In this document: one piece after another, positions 41,001 through 50,000 of the stretch
Layout of the letters: every line of letters starts with the position of its first letter
Numbering within the stretch: the first letter of the stretch is position 1
Source: Harriotta raleighana
Lineage: Eukaryota
Reading direction: 5' to 3'
DNA: 64,000 nucleotides
Assembly: GCA_050575255.1 (NCBI GenBank)
Contig: JBNZDD010013669.1
Span: 1,074,116-1,138,115, forward strand
Translations under genes and position numbers: made by a program
Notes under the pieces: generated by a model
The model's input: only the letters and a program-made list of their open reading frames with translations
The model's database searches: none
Told to the model about the DNA's origin: nothing

Positions 41001-44000
41001 TGACTTCTTTTTAAAAAAAGGCAGTATCGCGACTTTTAAAAAAAAACGGCAGTAGTGTGACTTTAGGCTCGACTAGCAGCCAGCTGAGTACCTGCACCAG
41101 TACTCGCGTGCGACAGTTGATTCATTAAATGCGTCATCACTATTCTGTCGAATAACTTCCGGGTTATTGAATCAGGACTTTTTTCTTGAGGTTCCGGTTC
41201 AGTGGGGTTTCCGGTTCATCGAGTCACAGATAAACAGGGTTTTACTATATTATGGAACAACCTGATAACCAGTCCATTGTGCTGAGGCCTTCTTTCCTTT
41301 AGTAAAGATTTTAATCGTTTTGCAGTTAAGCATGTGCATTACAAGTGATAATTTGAGTTTACTTGGATGAGACAGATCTGCCAATACAGTCAAGGATTAA
41401 AGCTTCTGGTTATCAACATTATCTATAAATATTTAGGGCTGTTTGTTCTGATCGATTGATCTCAGAATCAAATCACCAAAGAGCATTATAGATTACATTG
41501 TAAGAGTGCAATGCTACTGATTTTATAAACTTTCTGTATTCATGTACCGCCACAAATTGTCACTTGTGTATAGCTGTGAGTTACACAGTTAATCTGTCTT
41601 TACCAAACTGCAAAACTTCATGTGTCTTCAGAATTAACTGGAGGTTGTTTACTGACACTCCAACCACTTACCAGATAGAGTGTAATGTTTACTGATACAT
41701 AACAGAGCACTAAGAATGAAATGGATAGAACATATGCCAATACTATATTTTCCATAAATATAATGGATCAATTTCTAAACAGAACAGGTTTTGCTACAAT
41801 TTTTTCCAAAGTTCAGGAAATTTGATGCTCTATGTAAGTTTACTCTTCTACATAATCAAGCTGCTGCTCTTTAAGATGTAGCTCAGTTGGTAGTACTCTT
41901 GGCTTTTGAGTCAGAAGGCTCTGGGTTCAAGTTCCATGATGGGACTTTCAACTCAACTCGTATAGATTGACATTCCATTCTAATTCTGGAGGTGTGCTGC
42001 ATCCTTCAAATGAAATGTGCTCTTTAATATCCACCTGAACAGGCAGTTGGGACCTCAGTTTAATGTCTCTTCCAAAGGATGCCACCTCTGAAAATGCAAC
42101 ACACCACTAAACACTGTATTGGAACATCTGCTAGATTATGTGAGTTTGAATTCCAATGTGGGGCTTGAACCAAGAATATTCTGATTTCGGCAAGAGTGCT
42201 AACAACAGGCTGATGAAAATTAGCAGCTAGTTCATCTAACAGAGTTTTAGGGCAAGTGTACAACAACAACAAAAAAATGATATTTGTATAACGCCTTTCA
42301 CATCAGGTGGACATCCCAAGGAGCCAGACAGTCAATGTTTCAGACCCGAGCTGGGGTCAGGATCGGAGAGGTTGGAGGGAAAGGAGGGGATTTGGGGTGC
42401 CAATAGAACCGATGAATAGGAGGGTCATGAGGCGGGACGTGAAAGAGGCCAGAGAAGGGGCAAGGCGGAAGGACCGCGGGAATGAATTCCAGACGTTGGG
42501 GGCAGAGTAGCTGAAGACTCGTCTTCCAATGATGGGTCGGGGAACACGGAGCCCACTGAGCATAGGGAGTGGGCAGGTTGGTAGGGATTTGGACGCTGCA
42601 AAAGTAGGGTGAGGAAAGGAGGAGTGCTTTAAAGGTGAGGACCAAGATCTTGAAATGAATACTCTTGGTGTCGGGCGAGAATGGTCGAGATGGGGTCGCG
42701 GAGCTTGCAGCAGTAGAGGACACAGGACGTAGGGTAGTATTTACTGCTAAGGATTATTAATATTATTATTGATGTGGTTCCATGAGCAGCTATGAAGAGT
42801 AAATAAGATGATTCAGAAGGAAATATTTTTGAATGAAATAGCTTCCTATTCTCATGCCATTTTGAACATATTTTATAATTTTCCTTATGCACTTTCACTT
42901 TTTTTGCAAAATATTAATCCTCATATACGAACAGATAATAATAATCCTTGTATTTGATATAGCGCTTTTCACATCTTCTAGATTCTCAAAGCGCATCACA
43001 GAATATACTGTAAAGTGAATTGCCAATTGTGCAGAGCAGTATCCCACAAACAACCGTGGATTGAAATGACCAATTTTTTTTAAGGGATTATTATTTAGGA
43101 TTGATATATGGCTATGAACTTGTCATTAATAGTATTTAGTTGTGGAGATTAGTTTAATGTCAATTGGAAACAAATTGTGAGTTTTGCTAGGTATTTAATG
43201 TCTGGCATTTTGTGATTTATGCACCAGTATCGATAAATTACTTTCTAATGAGCAAGTGCAATCCATGCAGAAAATATGAAAGTAAACTTCATCATTATCT
43301 TTCGCAAATCCAGCTAATAATTACAAACTGCAAATTTGTACCAAGGATTTGGGTCGAATAACAGGCAGCATATCATAGTTTAGTTGCCTTACATTCTCGG
43401 CATGTTTTTCTCATGGTGTACATGCATTTTTTCCTCATGATTTCTAGTCTTATCTAGGAGGAATGATCATTTTAGTGATACAGTTAACACTCGCCGAACG
43501 TGACTTTCTCGATTGCGAATTCAACTATGTGCTTCACTTTTTTGAGTAAAACGCACGTAAAACTTGCGTGTGTGCGCTGGCATGCAAGGACGCCGGCCAC
43601 GCATGATGCACTCTTGGGAAATCACTTCCTTCTTTCAACCTGCCAGTTTGTCTCAGCAGTCATCCACTGAAAACTTACCTGCTGCTGCATCTTCTCCCTC
43701 TGCCCTGGAGGGGGGAAGCTGTCTGTCTGTGTCTATTATTAAACTTACCTTGGGTTTGTACAGCCATTTGCGGAACCTATTCATGGTGACAGCTTCTGTG
43801 TTGGGTCTGGCTTCGTCGCCTCGCTGGGCGGCTGCCTGCTGGGCTGAAGCGGCTTTACAGGCATTGGTGGTTCTCTGCCCTCTCCTCTCCCCTCCCCAGC
43901 GGTTCTCTGCTCTCTCCTTTCCACTCCCCTCCCTTCCCCGGTGGCTCTCTGCCCTCTCCTCTCCCTGGCTGCCCTCTCCCCTCTCCAGCTGCCCTCTCTC

Positions 44001-47000
44001 CAGTTGCTCTCTGCCTCCCTCCCGGGCTCCCTCTGATTTGCCCACTTCCCGAGTGATAGGGGAGATGAGAGCAGGGAGAGCAGCGAGAGTGGGCCAGCCA
44101 GCTGAAGTCCGACTTAGTACGTACCTTGCATTGGTCGGGTGTGGATACGCCTGGAGGCTTGAGGTTGGTGGCCTGTTGCTGGATTCCCCTAACCCCCACT
44201 TTTCTCATTATTTGTTAAGCTTACCCAACGCGATTTTACTGAGTGCGAGGTTTTCTAGGAACGTAACCCCCGTGATTAACGAGGGTTAACTGTAACTATT
44301 GATAATGGAATCATAACTCAACTATTTACCATTGCCTTCAGGCGATACGGGACAATGAGAAAAGAGTGAAATGAAAGAAGTGGAGCTTACAGGAAGCAAA
44401 AGATACATTAGTCAATATTGTAATCATATCTTGCTTTTTTATTGATACCATCCATAATACATTGTCCACTGAATTAAGCTTTCATAGTCAATTATAGAGC
44501 GTGTCTCGTTACTTTGATTTATTCTGATAAGTAAGCGTAGGGTCACCCACCAACTTGTTAATTGTTTATCGTTAAAGCTGAGCATGATTAGAAACAATTT
44601 AAAACCTGAATAATACAGAAGAAAATAGAATGAAAATACTGTATCAAGATATTTGTGAAAGGATAATGTATCCCTGTGGGATCATGCAATCAAAATTCCA
44701 CTAAAGACGGGAGCTTAACTTGATTCTGTTTTACAAACTCAATTTGCAAAGAACCTACATGTTGTATAGTCAACCAATCATATGCAAATATTTCCTCCAA
44801 ATTTACATCTTTCCCAATTAGGTAACTTCTGCATCGTACTTCTTCCCATCCCCCAACAGTTTATACAAAGAGAAGTAAGGCCTTTGGTGTTCTCACCAGC
44901 TCACGCTGGGGTTAGTGACCTTGCCCAAGTGGCTGTTCTTTCTGTGTGAAGAGTCCCATCTAGTGGACAAGGAATTAACTGTAAAACTCCATCACACCAG
45001 TTCCAGCCAAGCTCCACTTGCTCTCTATTGCTGAATGGATCGCTTTCAAGATCCTCAAACTCATTTTCAGATCCCTTCATGCCCTTGCACCTCCTTACCC
45101 AGTGATAAGCTAATGTTAATAGTAAAACTTCATATCAGTAATTATCAATGAAAGTAATGGTAATAGTTATACATTTATTGTCACCTACCCCTCCCCTTGG
45201 CTCGGTGTAACACTGTTAAGGGTTGTGGGACACTGCCCTGCGTGAGAGCCGATATCAATTTATATGCAAGTTGTTGTTGTGAAAGTGGGTCTGAATGTCA
45301 AATTGAAACTTCGCTTGTTTATTGATTTGTTTTCCACTGATAGGAGTTGCTGATGCATGAACCAGCAATGATTTAGCCTAAAATGTAGCACTGAGCCATG
45401 GAAAAATAACACAAATCTGAAGGCCTCAGATTTTAGACCTCTATCTTGTATATGATTGCCATTGATCTTAAAAGTTTACGGTGTGAGCTCACAAGTATGT
45501 TTATATCAGCAGGAAGATAGACTAAAGACAATTTGTCATACACCACAAACTAAAGATCAAAGCTCCTTTCTCTCTATTGCTTATCTTTTTTAGATGGAGG
45601 ACTTCCCACATAAGGAACAGGCCTCCAGGCAAGATCCCCTCATTCCAGCATCAGTTGATGTTTTTTTGCCATGGGAAAGGCCAAAAGGCTGCTCTATGGT
45701 ACAGAATCGTTCAATGATGCTCTATATGAAGGGTAGGAAGAAGCAGTGTCAAGTACAATAGTTATGTATAACTGCCAATTTAAAGAGGATTTTTTCTATA
45801 CAACAACAAAATTACATTTATAGAGCGCCTTTTTTATGTCTGTCTTGAGATGCCCTCACTTCGGGAGGGCGTCTTAAGGTTTTGAACACTCAGGTCGGGA
45901 CCCGAACAAGGGAGAGGGGTAGGAGGGAGGGACGGGAGAGAGTTAGGAGGAGAGAGGGGGAGAGTTAGGAGGGCAGCAGAAGGCACAATCGAAGAGGAGA
46001 GTCTTGAGACTGGCCTTGAAGAAGGCAAGGGAGGGAGTGAGGCTAATGCACTGTGGGATGGAGTTCCAGAGTGTAGGGGCAGCGAGGCTGAAAGCCTGTC
46101 CACTGATGGTTGGGCAGGTCAGGCAGAGGACATGGAGCAGACCAGAGCCTGCTGAACGGAGGGGGAGGTTCATAGGGGGACAGCAGATCAGAGAGATAGT
46201 GGGGCCGGCAAGGTGTGAATGACCTTGAAGGTGAGGACTAGGATCTTGAATTTGGTCCTCTGGGGGATGGGGAGCCATTGAATGGGGAGCCATGCAATAG
46301 TAGGAGTGATGTGGTTGCGGAGCTTTGTGTGGGTGAGGCTATGAACTGCAGAGTTCTGGATGATCTGCAGCTTGTGGAGGGAAGAGCCAATAAGGCCGAC
46401 GAGGAGGGAATTTCCATAGTAGAGCCTTGATGTGACGAATGCGTGGATTAGGGTTTCGGCAGCTTGAGGGGTGGGCAGTGGCGGAGTCTGGCGACGTTGT
46501 GAAGGTGGTGGTGCCAGAATTGACCTCAAGGAGACATGAATCATCAGGTCTGCAAGCCTGGGATCAAGGTAAACTCAAATTCAAGCAGGCTGCAGGACTG
46601 TAAAATTAATAGGAGTAAAGCAAGATTTTACTGGTAGGTACATGAAAAGGACATCAGAAGGAGTTAATAATGCAGCTCTTCCTGCAACTCTGCACAACCT
46701 TGTATGGTCTTGAACTCAGGCTCCCTTGATGGCTGCTGGAAATAAATATGCATGTCAGGTGAGTACAGGGTCAGGATCAGCTAGACTGACCGTACAGTTA
46801 AATAGCCTTGTGCATGTAGAGTGGCTGCTTGGGATGAATGGACCTGGGCAGGCCTGACAATGGCTGTAATGTACGAATAGTGTTCATAAAAAGTCATTTT
46901 TTACAAATGCGGTTTCTTTCTCGATGATTTATCTGTGGTTTTTCACCTGATTGAATACAATGATTAAACGTGGCACCTAGAGAGCACTTTATCTTTACAC

Positions 47001-50000
47001 TTTCCAATGTCTAGCCTTTTTTATGTTTCTTTAAAATGATGTCAATGCTCATCCATCCACAAAACTCGCAGTCACTGAACTTTACAGTAAAATTCTGTGA
47101 AGAGCTTTGGGGTGTCTTCCCATTGTGAAAAGCACTACACTTACTGTATGAATTATTATTTGTGTATTGATCTTTGGACATTGATTTATATCAGTGCCTC
47201 GAAGGATTGTGTTGGTAAAGTTTTTTATCCAAATGCTATTGTTCCGCTTGTTTCCTTTTGGAAACTGACTCTATGGACCACAATGGACTATTAATATTTA
47301 GTGTTCATTAAAAACAGTGAAATACTGATGGGAACAAGCTTCTAGTAAACTGTAATGTGTGCTCTCTTGTTTAATCTAGAGTATGCAACTGTTAGTTTAC
47401 TTTGTGTGATGTGCGAATGATATGTGAATAACATGATTTTATATTCCAGGCTTTTAACAATTTAATTCTATCTTCTGTTATTTTATGTGTGAACAAATCA
47501 CTGTCACATGGTTTAGTCTGGCTTACATTTAAAATTGTACCACCATGTGTCATCCAGTGTGTTGGCATGACCGCTGTTGATCAAAGAATCACGGAGAAAG
47601 AGAGGAAAGGACAAAGAAGCATTGCAGCCATCTCAAAGCGCTTCACAAGAGAAACTGTAAAGTGGATTTGTTTTACATTTTGTGTGCAAAATGTGCAGAA
47701 CAATTTTTAAACCGGGTGGAAAATGAATTGAGAAACAAAATTCTTACCTTAAAATTATCCCAAGTAAATATGTAAATGCAGATATTTTGAAGGTGTTTCT
47801 GTGAACCAACTCTTCGTATCCTTTGAAGATTGTGTTTCTCTTTGTGTGGTTTTCTTTCCAGCTGTTGCACATCAATTCAAGTAACCAACAGCAATTGCAC
47901 CAAAGGCCGTCAACTCTCTTCTGGTCCCATAATATGGAGACTGTTTCATTTCCTGAAATAGCTTCTTTTACGCTTACCCCAACAAGTCCCTCTGGCACCA
48001 GTATAACGGGACTGCTAACACCACCTCCACCCAAAACCACTCTACAGAGAGCAATCAATGGATTCAGTATTCCAAGACCTCGTGTAATTTCTGCATGCAT
48101 GTTTCCTGTTGTATATTATATTTGTGGGATTGCTATGCATATCTTGTGTATGAAGAAGAAATGCAGGGTTTCTATCATAGCTGACTGATCAGTTTCCTTT
48201 GAGAGGCTGTGGATATCATTTTCATTCAAAATCAGAACATTTTCATTTGAAAAATGGCATTGAAATGGGTGCGAGGACACAAAGGACCAGAAAAACAGAA
48301 TTTTTAGGGATATCGTGAATGCAGTGAATAATGCAATTTGACTAGTTAATTGACTCAACCAGACATTGTTCTGTGAGATTCTGTGTCCCATGTAACACAT
48401 CTAGTTAGCAACTTGATCATAGATTAATCTATCTTTTGCCAGTGTACACAATCTGATTAAAGTATAATGAATTTATTTCTGCAAGACAAAAAAGTTACTT
48501 CATTGCTTCTGAATTTAAGAATTTTCCAAAATCCGCATTAATTTATATTTCAAAAGTAGTGAGTTCAAAAATAAAATCATGTGGAAACACTGAAGACTTG
48601 AAAGCCCCTTTCTGGTATTTGCACGTGGTGCAAAATTAGATTTGACAATAAAATTTATATTTATATAATTTATATTTATATAGCGTTTTTCACATCGGTA
48701 AGTCTCAAAGTATCTTTTCTTAAATGTTACTTTTACTTTTGAGACAAAATACGCCCATCTCTTACCTTGGAACTAGTCGCTACAACGAATGAATATCCTG
48801 AAGCTTTTACCATTTGCTACCAGATCTCAAATGGGTCACTACCGCCTAACGGGGGGAAAGTCTCTTAAATTTGGGCCATCTCAGTAATTTGGCTTCTAGC
48901 TCAAAAATAACAACTTTGGTGAGGCTTCCTCGGAATATTCCTTGGAGACAGAATGAGCAGATTTTGAACAGGAAATGTGCAATCCTTTGAAGGATTTTGA
49001 CAACCTTTTTTAAACATACTCAACACTGCATTACTTCTATGCATTGTTAGGTCATCGATTGTGCAAAATGTATTGTGCCTCTGTTTTGAAGTTGTGTGGT
49101 AAACCTCGTATTGCTGACCGCATGCACTGTTTGCAATGAATGATTACCGTCCGCTCCCTATTCACCTTGTATTGTTGGCTGGACTTGTTTTAGAATTAGT
49201 GTTAATTTTGCGGGATTTCTAGACTGAATGACTTCATTTAAACATCTGAAAAAGAACTCCTGTTGAGAAGTACATTACATGGACTTGAGGGAATCCCACT
49301 CTGAAAATAGATTGAGATGGAGCTGAATCTTCTGGATTTCTTAAGCATACTAAGAAACATACTTTCTAAGTAAGAAATCTAATAAACAAATCCCTTTCCA
49401 GAAGTACCACAAAATTCACTCCAAAAACATTGCTTCTTAATGCATTTCCACTAATTTATTCTTCTCTTTACTTCCTAGGGAGGGAGTGTGACAGTTAGAT
49501 CTCCAAGTACAGACCTTTTTGATATGGTTCCATTTTCACCTGCGTCCCCTCTTTCACCAACTCCATCCAGCAATGGCACAGAGCTGCCTCCATTACCTGT
49601 CAGAGCAGCAGAACTCAGTGAGTGTTTGTACTGTTCCACTATGATACTTGATGTGATGATGTTTGTAGATTATTTTAATGGCAGGTTTATTTTTCATGTT
49701 TCACATGCTCAGCTCAATCAGCTCAAATGTTCATCAATAATACATACACTGTAAGTAACATTCTAGGTCATTTCATGGATAAAAAAAATGTAATCTCAGA
49801 GATAGTATACATAAGTATCTGAGTTCATTTATATACGTGTTGTAGATGATGCATATATTGTAGGTAATGATCGTGATAATAGATTACACTGCGTACATCA
49901 AAAGTGTGACACACAATACATCAACAATATCATAATATGTCAGTTGTCTTGGGGAGCACAAGATCATTTTCTCTGCTGGCCTTCCGATACAACTTTAAAT

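Noticed and set aside
43564-44289. 241-aa + strand ORF
   Set aside because: Low-complexity MITE interior with no transposase motifs; the meaningful signal is the minus-strand exon
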